Part shown: one piece after another, positions 13,269-26,895 of the stretch
Numbering within the stretch: position 1 is the stretch's first letter
How the letters are laid out: every line of letters starts with the position of its first letter
NCBI GenBank assembly: GCA_012295275.1
Contig: CM022679.1
Location: 4,836,001-4,900,000 of the forward strand
Reading direction: 5' to 3'
From: Chrysomallon squamiferum
Taxonomy: Eukaryota; Animalia; Mollusca
DNA: 64,000 nucleotides
Made by a program: the position numbers and the translations under genes
The notes under the pieces: model-generated
Told to the model about the DNA's origin: nothing
What the model saw: the letters and a program-made list of their open reading frames with translations, nothing else
Databases searched by the model: none

Positions 13269-13430
13269 ATGTCTTTGTAGTCGATGGCAATGATTTCCTC
13301 GTAGATGCCGTCCTCCACGTAGATGTCCTCTACAAGGAAGGAGTACTCAGACTGGACTGGGTCAGAGTGCAATGCTGCGGCCTCCACTGGTGCCTTGGCT
13401 GCTGATATGTGTCTTCCAGTCAGTGATAAA
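13269..13430 (-). CDS. FAM149B1: FAM149 exon 6: LSLTGRHISAAKAPVEAAALHSDPVQSEYSFLVEDIYVEDGIYEEIIAIDYKD(I)
   Basis: Acceptor TGCAG|T, donor CAT|GTCAGT, 162 nt, phase 2-2; DGIYEEIIAID resembles the family motif EGIIEEYLAFD. Confidence 0.92.
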
Positions 13431-13640
13431 CTGCAACAACAACAACATCAACAATATCAATAATAGTAACTGATATGTGTCTTCTAGTCAGTGATAAACT
13501 GCAACAACAAACAACAACAACATGAATAGTAATAATAGTAACTGATATGTGTCTTCTAGTCAGTGATAAACTACAACTACAACAACAACAACAACAATAG
13601 TAACTGATATATGTCTTCCAGTCAGTGATAAACTACAGCT
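13402..13640. repeat. Four copies of the exon-6 5' end plus acceptor (one real, three intronic)
   Basis: CTGATATGTGTCTTC(C/T)AGTCAGTGATAAACT(G/A)CA at ~13402, 13470, 13542 and 13604, separated by (CAA)n/(AAT)n. Confidence 0.9.
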
Positions 13641-13732
13641 ACAACAACAACAATAATAGTAATACTACTACTACTACTACTACTACTAATAAAATAGTAA
13701 TAATAATAATAATAACAATAATATTAGCAGTA

Positions 13733-13776
<44 letters not shown>

Positions 13777-14015
13777 TAGTAGTAGTAGTAGTAGTAATAA
13801 TAATAATAGTAATTTTAATAATAGTGACAGTAATAGTAAGTAATAATAATAATAGAATAATAGTTGTTAATAACAATAATAATTATAATAATGATGATGA
13901 TGATGATGATGATAATAACAACAATAACAATAATTCCAATAGCAATAATGGTAATAATAATAATAGTAGTAGTTGTAGTAGTAACAGCAGCAGCAGCAGT
14001 AGTAGTTGTAGTTGT
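13640..14015. repeat. Compound trinucleotide microsatellite (AAT/ACT/AGT/GAT/CAG)
   Basis: Direct reading. Confidence 0.9.
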
Positions 14016-15228
14016 TGCAATAATAAAATATACTATCTTAACAAAGTGTAAAACTTTTTGATTAAAGTGAGTGAACAGAACCAGTTTTTATCTAACATTA
14101 GATGTATTTTAAAACTATAATCATTTTAAATAAAAAATAAAATAATTTTTTGATTTTTTAAATTAATTAGTAGCATTTAAGAGTTATAAAAACAAACTGA
14201 CACAAAATGAAAAAATCTCAAGGATTACGTAATAATTCATTTATTTATTTTTAAATAAAAAGAGAAAATAATAAATGCTAAATAAATTCTGATAGCTACA
14301 TAAATTTATACTGAAAAATAAAAAGCATTCTGAGCAAGCAAGGTAAAAAACTCATAAATGGAATCTATTATGAAGTAAGAAAACAAAGCATGGCAAAAAA
14401 TCTCCCCCCTAAAAAACATAAAACAATTATAATACATAAATTCTTTTATGTATTTATACATATCCAGTAAAAAAAAAAAAAAAAAAAAACATACCAAAGA
14501 ATCATTTATTTGTAAAATAATTAAAAAAAAACATTTAACTCAAGAACCACATAACTGCCAGTGATAAAACTGTTTACATTTGTTTAATATGTCTGTAAAC
14601 AGGAATGTAAAATAAAATAAAATAAAATAAAATAATAAAGCCCCCCACCAAAAAAAAAAAAAAACACCCACAAAAAAACAACAACATAACAACAATAAAA
14701 TAACCCTAAAAAAAAACTGAAAACGCAAACAAGCAAACATTCAAAATCCATAAGCAAACTAACATAGAAAATACATATGTATGTACAGACAGATACTGAC
14801 ATAATATAACAAGAACATGCAACCTTTTACTTCAAAAATGTTTTACAACAGTTTTGGTTATTAACATCAGTCGAGAGATTTTAACATGGAAGTGTAACAA
14901 GTCGTAAATGTCTGGATTATGTTTTATGTATCTTACAGTTTTGAAAATCAAGGAAAAGATTAACTAAAGAACCACATAACTGACAGTAATAAAAGTGTTT
15001 ACCTATGATTAACATGTCTGTAAATAGGGAGAGGTTAAAAAAATATATATATATAAAATAAATAAATAAAAAATGAAAGAATATAGTAATAATAATAATA
15101 AGAATTAACTTTGTGTTTATAATTTATATGGAACTTAAATTATATATAAGCAAATTTAATAAAATAAAAATAAATTATAAACAACAACATCCAAAAAAAA
15201 ATATATATAATAATAAAAAAAAATAATA

Positions 15229-15294
<66 letters not shown>

Positions 15295-18200
15295 AGTAAA
15301 AGAATACTCTAGAGAAATGTTTATTTGGGGAGAAAAAATGTCCCAAACAAAACACGTAAAAAAGAAAAAAGTAAAAAAGAAGACAAAATTATCTTAACCC
15401 TGAAACAACAACAAGAACAACAATAAAGAAAACAAAACAGAAAAAAAACCTAAAAACAAATAATAAACAAAAACAAAAAAAAGAAGAAAAAAACAGTGTC
15501 TGTATTTTGTGTTGCTATTAAATATTTCCATTAACGTATTTTCAATAAGTATATTTTATGTTATCTTGTGAAAAAAAAAAAAAAAAAAAACACATTTATT
15601 ACCCTGTTTTATAAAGTATATTTTTGTACATATGTACATGTAAATTCAATTACATGCTTGCATACAACATATTAGAAAAAAGGTAAGGACAAAAAAGAAA
15701 AAAGGACAGCAGCAAAGAACAAATAAAAATCAACCATATTACACAAGCTTTATATTTTATGCTTAAACATAAATCTTGAAATTTTGAAAAGCATGAGATA
15801 GCTGCTTAAACAAATCATTTTTAACATACGATTATAAATGATGTATACATATGAAAACTTTTTAATGGCACCAAAAACACTTTTTTTATTCAAACATTTT
15901 GACACAAACAGCCAAAAAGTCTCCTTTTTTTTTGACGTTTTAAAATTCTAATACATCTTACTATGGAAATATGAATTTTGCATGGACATAACATAAAGAA
16001 CAAACCAAGAAAAAACAGAAACAGAAACAGATAAAGAAAGAAAATGTCATTAAAAACTATGTTATTCTTCTTAAATCAAATTTTGATTTAATTCTTTTTT
16101 TTAAATCTAATTTCATTTGCTTTCTTAAAAAAAAAATAAAAAAATAAAAATTCTTTTTTTAAAGTAAAACCAAACCAAATAAAAGAACACCAAATAAAAA
16201 AACAAAATAATTCACAACCAAAAAACCCCCCAAAACAACAAAAATTAAAAATAAAAAAATAAAATAGAAAAGAAATGAAAAAAAAAAGGTAATAAAATGA
16301 AGTAAAATAAATGAATAAATAAATAAAAAAAAAAAAAAATAAAAAAATGATTCATAATTAATTAAAGTGACTGAAAACAATAATTTTCTTAAACATATCA
16401 ACTGTTTCTGATACTACTTATTTAAAAACAACAACAAAAAAAAAACATTTGAAACTGTCAGTGCAGTCATTCAAAATTAATTATATTTATTTTCTTTTTT
16501 TTTTTTTCTTTTTTAAAACTGCCCAATTTAGAAACACTTCACATGTTGTGAGTGCAGTTTAGGGTTGCCCTGTAAATGAGATAATTAGTCCTGGCAAGAT
16601 GCACCCTTTCATTACACGCCATCTCACACAGACACAACAAACAAGCGAACCTTCTTCACCCAACCCATTAGCAGTGATGCACAAACACCAATGTTGGTCT
16701 CAATGGAAATGCACTCATCATTGTCAGAGATATGCAGTTTTGTATTTACCGTGCAGTTATCGCAAGTGCATCTATATATTTAACGATTTTTTTATTTTTT
16801 TCAGTTTTATTTCTTTCTCTCAAATGAATGAAAAGCGACAGAGATAAAAAAAAAAAAAAGAATTTCATCAATTATACCAGTCGATTTTGATTCTTATTCC
16901 CGTCTGTTTACCTCTTGTTTGTTTGTTTTCCATGGCAACAGCACAGTTGACTGGTTTGCACAGGACTGGGCGAGTGTGTTTTGAAATGAAGCACTTTGTA
17001 TCTGGCCAGTGACAGGATGAAAGCTCATTTCCGAGTTAGTTTTGTAGCGATATGCGTTCGCGTCTACATGTCAGACCTTAACGATCGGATAATCATCTTG
17101 TCATCGGGTAACTGTCAGTACTCCACTTTTTATCTCGCTGCATTCGAAACTGTCGTTAATCAACTGTAAACTGAATGCTCTGCAGCACTGTTGAGTAAAT
17201 GTGTCTACCTGTGTGTATGTGGTGCATGCTAGTGCAGGTGAAAGAGTGTGTGCTGTGTATATGTCTGTGTGTGTGTGTGTCTGTGTGTGTGTGTCTGTGT
17301 GTGTGTTTTGTACATTAAATGTATTTCGAATGGTATATGTACTGTAAGGTGTAAGAGTACAAGTTTTGCATAAAGTCTTGCATGGCATGTTTTGTGCATA
17401 GAGCATGTATTATATGCTATGTACTGGATAATGTTTTATAGTGTATGTTATATGTAGTGTGATTATATCATGCTTTAGAAGTTTTATATGGTGTGTGTAT
17501 ATGTCTATGAGTTGTGTATGATACGATATGTTCTATGGACACATTACATGATATGTGTATGTTCTGTGTATTGTGGGTGTATGCAATGACTGGTATATGG
17601 TATATGTTATGTGGTATGTGTATGTTTTGTGTGTTGTATAAGTATATTGTATATTGTGTGTGTATGTGTTGTATGATATGATATATTTATGTGTATGTTT
17701 TTAAGAATACTGTGTATTGTGTGTGTATGTATTGATCACTAAAATGACAAGCTAACAATATGGCTATTATCAGGAAGTAACAAAAAAAATATGGAAATTA
17801 CTGATATGTTTTTTGGGGGCTTTTTTCAGACAACTTAATTTGTAGGATAATTTTAATTTGCTATTTTTCCTGTCATTAAATCCACCTCATTAGTTCTGGT
17901 ATTGTCTGGTAATTACAAAATCACATGTCTGCTAAAAATAATCCTCAAAGTCATTAGACACACCAAAATGTCTTATTTGTGAACATTTTTGTGATTTTTA
18001 TTTTTATTTTAAATGACTAATCTATTCTATTTTGCATTTCGAATAAAAAAAATTAAAAAAAGATGAGGGTAAAAAAACCAAAAAAACAACAACAAATGGT
18101 GATAAATGTATTGCAAATATCAACATTATTTTTGTTCTTCTGATTATACATTGTTTTTTTGTTTTTGTTTTTATAAATATTAAAAAATAAAGTAAATAAA

Positions 18201-18371
18201 TAAAATAAGATAAAAACTGGAGATTTATTGATTTATTGATGGGGAACTTTACAATGTCATGCATGCTACTGTTACTACTACAAGTGCAAATGTAAGAAGA
18301 TATTATATGACAACCATGCTTGCAACTACAACTACAACTACAACTACAGCAAGAGAAATATCTTTACTAAC

Positions 18372-18497
18372 CCCTGAGAGTCTGCTGAGATGCTGATGTC
18401 ATTGTCAGTGACATCCTGCAGGTCACTGCTAGCACCCTCCATGGGGATTGCAACCCACCCTGTTTCTCTCGGAGCCAACATCTGTCGACCCAGGATC
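18372..18497 (-). CDS. FAM149B1: FAM149 exon 5: ILGRQMLAPRETGWVAIPMEGASSDLQDVTDNDISISADSQ(G)
   Basis: Acceptor TTCAG|G, donor GGG|GTTAGT, 126 nt, phase 2-2; completes FPHLRILGRQ. Confidence 0.93.
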
Positions 18498-18537
18498 CTG
18501 AAATAAAATAAAATATGTATATATAATAAAAAAATTA

Positions 18538-18696
<159 letters not shown>

Positions 18697-19001
18697 GTGT
18701 GTGGTCTTCATTTATCAAGAACCATGTTAAATTAAAAAAATAAAATTCTGTCATCACGCAGGCAACCCAATGTCAAAATTTAACAAAAACATTGTCAAAA
18801 CTAGACATAATTTTAAATTATTACTATTATTATTATTAATTTTTTTAAAACTCTTTTTGTTGTTGTTGACATTGTAGAAAACCTGGCACACAGTTTTGCC
18901 TTAACCGTCAGAATTTTACAGTTACCAGTGACAATCGGTGACCATTAGGATAAAACATTATTTTTATTATTACTATAGGTGTTGTTGTTGTTGTTGTGTA
19001 C

Positions 19002-19141
19002 CTGAGATGAGGGAACTGGGAGCTCCATTCCTGACACTCTTGGTGGATGTCGGGTGTGCTCTCATTGTTGCCCTCAAACAGCACACACTCGATGACGTCA
19101 AGATGCTGCGTCACGGTCTTGGCAGCTTGTCTGTAGAACTC
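19002..19141 (-). CDS. FAM149B1: FAM149 exon 4 (DUF3719): EFYRQAAKTVTQHLDVIECVLFEGNNESTPDIHQECQEWSSQFPHL(R)
   Basis: Acceptor GACAG|G, donor CAG|GTACAC, 140 nt, phase 0-2; ECxxWxxxFPHLR family signature. Confidence 0.95.
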
Positions 19142-19850
19142 CTGTCAAAAACAGAATTCCAGTACTGTACCTTCATCTTACGATTATGTGTGTGTGTGTG
19201 TATTTGTGAATGCATGTTATTGTGTCAAAACTGTAGTATCTTGATTTTGCACAGACATAATAAGTTAAATGCATGTATGTACTGTCATGAATACTGTGCC
19301 ATCTTCATTTTAACTCATATCTTCATTTTGTGTGTGTATTTGTGAGTCAATTCTGTTTTATTGTGACAAAACTTTATCTTGATTTTTGCACAGATATAAT
19401 AATTTAAATGCATGTGTTCTTACTGTGCATTTTTGTGAAGGTCTGTGTGTGTGTGTTTGTAAATGTTGTTGTTGTTTTGGGGTTGTTGCATTCTTTTTTT
19501 ATTTTCACTGTTTGTTGTCTATTTAAAACTGCTGAAAAAATCTTTTTAATAATTTCTTTATTTTAAAACCTTTATTGTGCAATGATATAAAATTTGAACA
19601 GAAGAAAATGTTAACTTTAATTTATCTGATAACTGGACATGAACAAAAAAAAGAATGGTTTAAAAAGAAAGATGTGTTATACCAGAAAGTTGTATTAAAT
19701 TCATTTTTTAAATTGAAACAAAAAATGTAAAAATAATAATAAATAAATAATTAAGAAGAAGAAGAAGAAGAAAAAAAGAAGAAGAAGAAGAAGAATTTTA
19801 AATGCCAGAGTTGTAATAACGTTTGTAGAGTATTAGTGTAAATGACTGAC

Positions 19851-19980
19851 CTCCCATGTGTATGATGAGTCGATGCTGCTGCGCTCGGTGGTGTAGCCCT
19901 GCGACCCCTGTGACGTTGACAGCAAACTGTTGTCTTCTGTTGATGGTGACGACCTCCCACTGCTGGTTGGTGTGGAGGAA
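19851..19980 (-). CDS. FAM149B1: FAM149 exon 3: SSTPTSSGRSSPSTEDNSLLSTSQGSQGYTTERSSIDSSYTWE
   Basis: Acceptor AACAG|T, donor GAG|GTCAGT, 130 nt, phase 2-0. Confidence 0.9.
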
Positions 19981-20369
19981 CTGTTTAAAAAAATAAACAT
20001 AAAAAAATAACAAAAAAATATAACATCATCAAAATGTGAAAATAAAAATATAACAAGAAAGAAAATAAAATATAAAAAGAAAGAAAATAATGTCATGATA
20101 AGAATGTATAAAGAAAATAAAATGATAAGAATGTATAAAGATATAAAATAATGTGATGAAATTAAAATTGTTAACAGAATAAATTGTGTTTTCTAACACA
20201 GAAATTATGTGACAACAATCAGTTAATGTCCATATAGCAGAATAGTCATTCAGATATCAGGGACACTGGTTCAAATCCTCTTTATTTTATTATTTATTAC
20301 ACAGATTTTGACTTGTAATACTTTTTTAAATAAAGAAAAGTCTGTTCTACTATCCAGAAGAAAACATTA

Positions 20370-20411
<42 letters not shown>

Positions 20412-22245
20412 AAAAATCAAAGAAACATAAAAATAGATGAATATACAATAAAACATTTTTGTTGTTGGTTTTTTTTTGTATTATTAAATTTTTCTTATAA
20501 TCTTCAAAAGTACTTTTTCCTTTTCTCCAAACAAAAGATTTAAAACAAATCATAAATAATAAATTCTTTCCCTCCAGTCTTCTAAAGTTTCTTTTTCCCT
20601 CCCCCTTTTTTCGATGTTTCCCAAACGATCTGTAAATTATAACAACATAGCTGTGTTGACAACTTAGTCCTAACATCACTGGGAATAAATAATAAATACA
20701 CGACATGCAACCCAGTCACAGACCCTCTACAAAGTCTCTGCGGAAATGCTTTAAATATTAATCAACAGTTCTCAACTAATTAGCTTCTTTTTTTTTTTTT
20801 TTTTTTTTAACCTTCTTTTGTTATCAAAAATGTTATTGCTAACACCGAGTACATTAAAAATGTATTGTTTATTTGAAAAAGTGTGACTTTCAGTAAAAAT
20901 GTGTTTTTCTGACAGAATTGGTAGAAAATAATAAACTTTATTGTTATTTTCTTTAATTCCCAAGTTATTTTGTTTTTATTTCTTGTTGAAGTGCATCTTT
21001 GATGAAGTAAATAAAATTGTTGAAATAATTTTGGTTTATTTTCAGTTATTATTATTATTACTTTTAAGTATATATATATATGTGTATGTATGTGTATTAT
21101 GGTGATGCAAATAAATAGTGTTAATTTCTTCTTTCTTTTTTTTCTTGTTAAACCTAACCTGTCTTGAATAAACATAAAACAATGTAAATATTTTTTTTTT
21201 TTTTTTTTAAATTTGTCTTTGCTAATGCAAACTGTATATCCAGAAATTAATAATAATCACATCACATCATAAAAAAAAAAAAAAAAAAAAAAAATCCGTT
21301 ACATACTTTCAGTGATTGATATGAATGGTTTTACCCACTAATCTTTTCTAATAATTAAGTATGGTGACAATAAACGTATCAATAACTCTTTGTGGATTCT
21401 GCAGGGGATTTTTTTTTTCTTCAGTGCACTGAGAAACCCAGTTTAAAAACAGGAAACAGAGGAAAGAAAAAAACAGACATGATAAACTGATACGTAACAG
21501 TTGTTTAACCGTGATCAATGATATACATCAACCTATTATGTCTTTTGCTGGCTGTTTATCTTTCTTTTATTACACATTTCCGAGTTAGACAGATTGTCAT
21601 TAACACCAGAAAGGAAGAAGAATGACAACCTTCATTAATCAGGGGGAAATTGTTATCTTTTATGTCATAAAACTGACCTAATACACACACAGAGGTCTCA
21701 CTACACACTTCTGGCTTATGATGAGTTCACCCTTATTTTGGCAGCAATACCTGCCACCCGTTTATTCAGCGAACTTCATTTTTGTATAATGAATTACACA
21801 GACACTTTGATTTTATCTGATTGCTAGTACAATAAACTTGTTAATAGTTAATGCACTTGGTGCAATTATTTTTAGGAGTATTTCTGACAAAGAAATAATT
21901 TGAACATAATTCAAAGTACTTGTACCCTGAAAATTTTCTGTACCATCCATTTGTTTAACTTGCACCAGTTACACCAGTTTGCGTCAACCCTTTCACAAAA
22001 GCTGGGGAGACCACTGATATATATATATATATATATATATATAATAAAAAAAAAATCTTTGATAAACAGACTATTTAACAATATACAACAGAATTATTTT
22101 TTCAATTCATCTTTGTTTCTTCTTCTATTTTTTTTAATTAAATAATTTAGCATTATTTCTTTAATTACTCTTTTTGATTAAGAAAAATTTGATTTATGTT
22201 ATGAAAAATTTATTTATTATCTTTTAAATTTAATTTAATTTGTAT

Positions 22246-22288
<43 letters not shown>

Positions 22289-22877
22289 TTAATGATCAAA
22301 CTCTGTTTGTTGAGGAAATCTACTGGTGAATACAAACACACAGTAAAATAAATACTGTGAATTATGAATATGAAATATTACAAATACAAAACAAATATTT
22401 TCGATTTCTGTTTTGGATAACTCAATAATGGAGATGAGTTTCAAATGTCTTAGCTATTGTTTAAGTTATTATCCACACAACTGGGCCTCCTACAATGCAC
22501 AGATGCGTTTCTATGGACACCAGAAACACTGTAGCAATGGTGACAGGATTAAACACACAAACAAACTAAATATAGAAAACATGAGTTATGTTCTTAAAAA
22601 CAAAAGAAATAAATGTGTTTTTTCTTTCTAATCTTTCTTTATTAATTTAGGTTTTAATATTTGTTGTTGGTTTTTTTTTTTTTCTTCTATTTTTTGATAT
22701 GATGTGATGTTTATTTTTAATTAATATTTTTTTAATGAATATTTTAAAAAATATTTTCTAAAAAAATTTTTTATTCTGTTTGATTTATGTGTGTATGTAT
22801 TTTTAAATAAAATTAAATACTTCTTGTAATCGTTTAATTTTCATTACTAAGACTGAAATTAGGGATTGATATAGTTG

Positions 22878-22879
<2 letters not shown>

Positions 22880-22908
<29 letters not shown>

Positions 22909-23170
22909 GCTGTTATTATTAATATTATTATTATTATTAATATTATTACTATTATTACTATTATTACTATTATTATTATTATTATTGCTATTAATATTAT
23001 TTTTGTTACTATTATTATTAAAAGTATTATTATTATTATTATTATTACTATTATTATTATTATTATTATTGCTATATTATTTTTATTACTATTATTATTA
23101 TTATTTTTATTACTATTATTATTATTATTATTCTTATTATTCTTATTATTATTATTATTATTACTATTAC

Positions 23171-23222
<52 letters not shown>
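22880..23222. repeat. (ATT)n microsatellite
   Basis: Direct reading. Confidence 0.95.
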
Positions 23223-23245
23223 TTTATGATGATATTTCCACAGAC

Positions 23246-23362
23246 CTGGACACTGGTTCATGGATGCTCTGCAGCTGGTAGAAATGGGCGGGGAGGGTGG
23301 TGTGGTCTTCATGGAGGTCTGGAGGAGGGTGATCACCCAACGGAGTACGTGACAAACCTCGC
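23246..23362 (-). CDS. FAM149B1: FAM149 exon 2: RGLSRTPLGDHPPPDLHEDHTTLPAHFYQLQSIHEPVS
   Basis: Acceptor TGCAG|G, donor CAG|GTCTGT, 117 nt, phase 2-2; HPPP motif. Confidence 0.85.
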
Positions 23363-24491
23363 CTGCAGATAAAGAAAATTAAATTTTATTTTCTTTATAA
23401 CAGTATGTTAACATTTAACAAAACTCAAAAAATATAAAAAATAAATATAAATCTTTGGTGATGGCTGAAAACAACAATGATAAAAAATAAAATACAAAAT
23501 AAAAATTAAATGATTAATATAATAAAAACAATGCAATGATCATAGTTTTAATTCAGAAGTAATCCCTTCAAATCCCACCCATCACAAAAAAATATATATA
23601 AATAAAAAAAAAAAAAAAATAGTACTGTATTTTATTATTATTTTAATATTACGTCAAATTTGTATATTTTGATGAGAAAACTTCTCTGGTTGTCACACCT
23701 GTAAAATAAAGATATTATTATGATAAACTTATTAAATAAAACTTTATTTTCAATTCACCAGTAATTTTTGGATTAGAAAAAAACTGCCAGTTGTTATATA
23801 CAGTGTCATATAAGATACAGTTGTCTAAGCACAGTTTTGTGAAGGCCATACCAGCCAATGTTATGTGACTTTGAGTCAAACAAGACTCTGTTATATGATA
23901 TGTAAAATCATTTTATTTGAGCTAAAAAGTAAAATGATACTGTTATGTGAAGCAGAAAGCAGACTTTATCCAAACTACAAAGTCATCCAAAGCATTGTTA
24001 TAATACATGAAACAAAAACATTTTCTACAAGACAGTATGAAGCTGATTATCTTCATTTACAAGGAACTGCTATATAAGATCGCTGTTATGTAAAGTACAA
24101 CCTATGTCAGCCATGTTCCGTGACAAAAAATTTTCTTTTTTGTGTGTGTTTCATCATTTCAAAAATTAAGCCATAACTGTTACAGAACTCGCACAAAAGG
24201 AGGAAACCAGCAATCAATAATAAACAATTTTCTTCACAAATTTTCTAATTCCAAGAAATCAATGAAAGCTTTTTTCACCTGCTAAGTTGTACATGCTTCA
24301 CTGGTGTTCAGCACTGAAGGATTAACCATTAATTGGAGTGGGGGTTTTTTGTGTGTTTTTTTAAAACTTAATTAAAACAGTTCTGTGATATTATTTTTCT
24401 ATGCAGGCTACCTGTTAATCAAACTCTGTCTAATTTAGGGTTAAGTAAGAGAAAAAATAGTTATATGAATTACATTATTCAACCAGTTTTT

Positions 24492-24525
<34 letters not shown>

Positions 24526-25249
24526 CTCACACATTTACACGTGCACATACACAAAACACACTATCAGACATACTTACACTTAAACATCATTTTTAGTGAC
24601 ATCAAACACAATTACCACTAACTAAACGAAGTGTTTATCACAACACCAGCATCATATAATAAACACCATTAAATACACTGTGTATCTTTTACACCACAAA
24701 CCAAAAATTAATACAGACTTCCTTAATCTTTTTATAACGTGACTAGTTTCAAATAACAAAAAAAAGTAATACACATTTCATTATTCTTTTTTTAATTGTT
24801 CTAACATTTAGCTCCAAAGCTTACGGCCACATAATTATTAAATGATTTTATAATGACTGTAATTCAGAACCATTACTAAATTAGCTGTAAATTTGCTACA
24901 GTAACTTGAATTAAAAACTGATCTGGTTTAAAAGGTTTTCTATTCATCTGTTTCATTTCTCCCCCAGTTCTTCAGGAATGATTGTTTTAGTCAACTAACA
25001 GTGTAATTAGAAAAGTGACAAAATGAAATATCATCAACAGAATATACAGTTGTCAAGACTCTTGTTACCACAGCAGGTGAAAATGATCGAATGTGACATT
25101 TAAAAGTGATTTCTGACAATTACAAAGCATGTTTTCTACACTGAAAATTACCATATATTTATTTCCACGACAGAAAGAAAAAAAGGATAATTTGTTCATA
25201 GACAACTGCTCTGATTTATGTACTTTGTTGCTGTTGCTGTTGGTATTTC

Positions 25250-25280
<31 letters not shown>

Positions 25281-25828
25281 GGGGGTAATTTCTTATAATA
25301 TACATTCATTTTTATATTTATTTTATTTTATTTTATTTTATTATTATTATTTTATTTAATATTATTATTTTATTGTTGTATTTCAGGGTTTTTTTGTTAT
25401 TTAAAAATTATTTTTGGCAAAACCACAAGTCCAGTTAATAAAAGAAATAATTTTTCCATAATCATAATCTAAAATGAAGTAAATTAAAGTTTAAATTACG
25501 TCTATCTAGTGTTACATACTTATTCTACACCTGAGGTGTTTGTTACCTGTATATTGTTAAAAGCAAGGTACTCATGCACTCAGTAAGTATTAAAGTCTAT
25601 TTAATGATAATTTAACTCGGAGTAAAAAAAGTATTTTTCTTTATTAACTGTTATTTCATGACACTTTAAAACCAAACTGTCACCAGTTACAGATTAACTT
25701 TCACACAGGCTGGTATCATTTCAATTTTTATTAGTATTATTTCTTTTCTTTTTAACTTTTCCAATTTTATCTATCTAAAAAACATCTTTAGCTAAGTATA
25801 TATAATGTTGAAAAGCAAATAAACATGG

Positions 25829-25878
<50 letters not shown>

Positions 25879-26232
25879 AAATAAAGAAATAGACAAAAAA
25901 ACAAAGAAATAACCACACCAACAAAAACAACAAAATTGACAAAAACCCATATTAATGTATTATATTTTTTGGAATAATAATAATAATAATAATAATAAAA
26001 AATAATGTTCTAAAATAATTCAGAAGATATTAAAGAAAAACAAATAGATGAAAAAAGATGTGATAAATCAAAAAGAAGTTAAAAATACCTAAATAAATAA
26101 TTAACAATAATAAAAAATTAAAAAATATTTTTTTAAATATGACTGATAACAAAAAAAAAATAATTAATAAATAAATAAAAATAATGATAATAAATAAATC
26201 AATAAATAATATATGGAAAAAAATTAAATAGC

Positions 26233-26895
26233 CAAAAGACAACTCATTTATTCATTCTAAAACCCACATTAAACAGATTTTCACAGCTAAAAAGAACTCA
26301 TTCCATCATTCTAAAACTCACATTAAATAGATTTTAACAGCTAAACAGAACTCATTTATTCATTCTAAAACCCACATTAATTAGATTTTCACAGCTAAAA
26401 GAACTCATTCCATCATTCTAAAACCCACATTAAATAGATTTTAACAGCTAAAAGAGAACTCATTCATTCATTCTAAAACCCACATTAAGTAGATTTTCAC
26501 AGCTAAAAAGAACTCATTCCATCATTCTAAAACTCACATTAAATAGATTTTCACAGCTAAAAGACAACTCATTCATTCATTCTAAAACCCACATTAAATA
26601 GATTTTCACAGCTAAAAGAGAACTCATTCATTCATTCTAAAACCCACATTAAATAGATTTTCACAGCTGAAACAGAACTCATTCATTCATTCTAAAACCC
26701 ACATTAAATAGATTTTCACAGCTGAAAAGAACTCATTCATTCATTCTAAAACCCACATTAAATAGATTTTCACAGCTGAAACAGAACTCATTCATTCATT
26801 CTAAAATCCACATTAAATAGATTTTCACAGCTAAAAGAGAACTCATTCATTCATTCTAAAACTCACATTAACAAGAATCTTTTTTGGCAGCTAAA
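26233..26895. repeat. Minisatellite, ~54-55-bp unit, ~12 copies
   Basis: Unit AACTCATTCATTCATTCTAAAACCCACATTAAATAGATTTTCACAGCTAAAAG(A/AG) starting at 26241, 26295, 26349 ... 26840. Confidence 0.95.

Noticed and set aside
14535-15030. ~65-bp direct repeat pair (14541, 14967) resembling LTRs
   Set aside because: Too short, with no TG..CA ends, primer-binding site or TSD; similar local duplications are common here (e.g. 29600-29860, 30360-30560).
20230-20280. B-box-like GGTTCAAATCC suggesting a tRNA
   Set aside because: No cloverleaf or convincing A-box; at most a SINE remnant.
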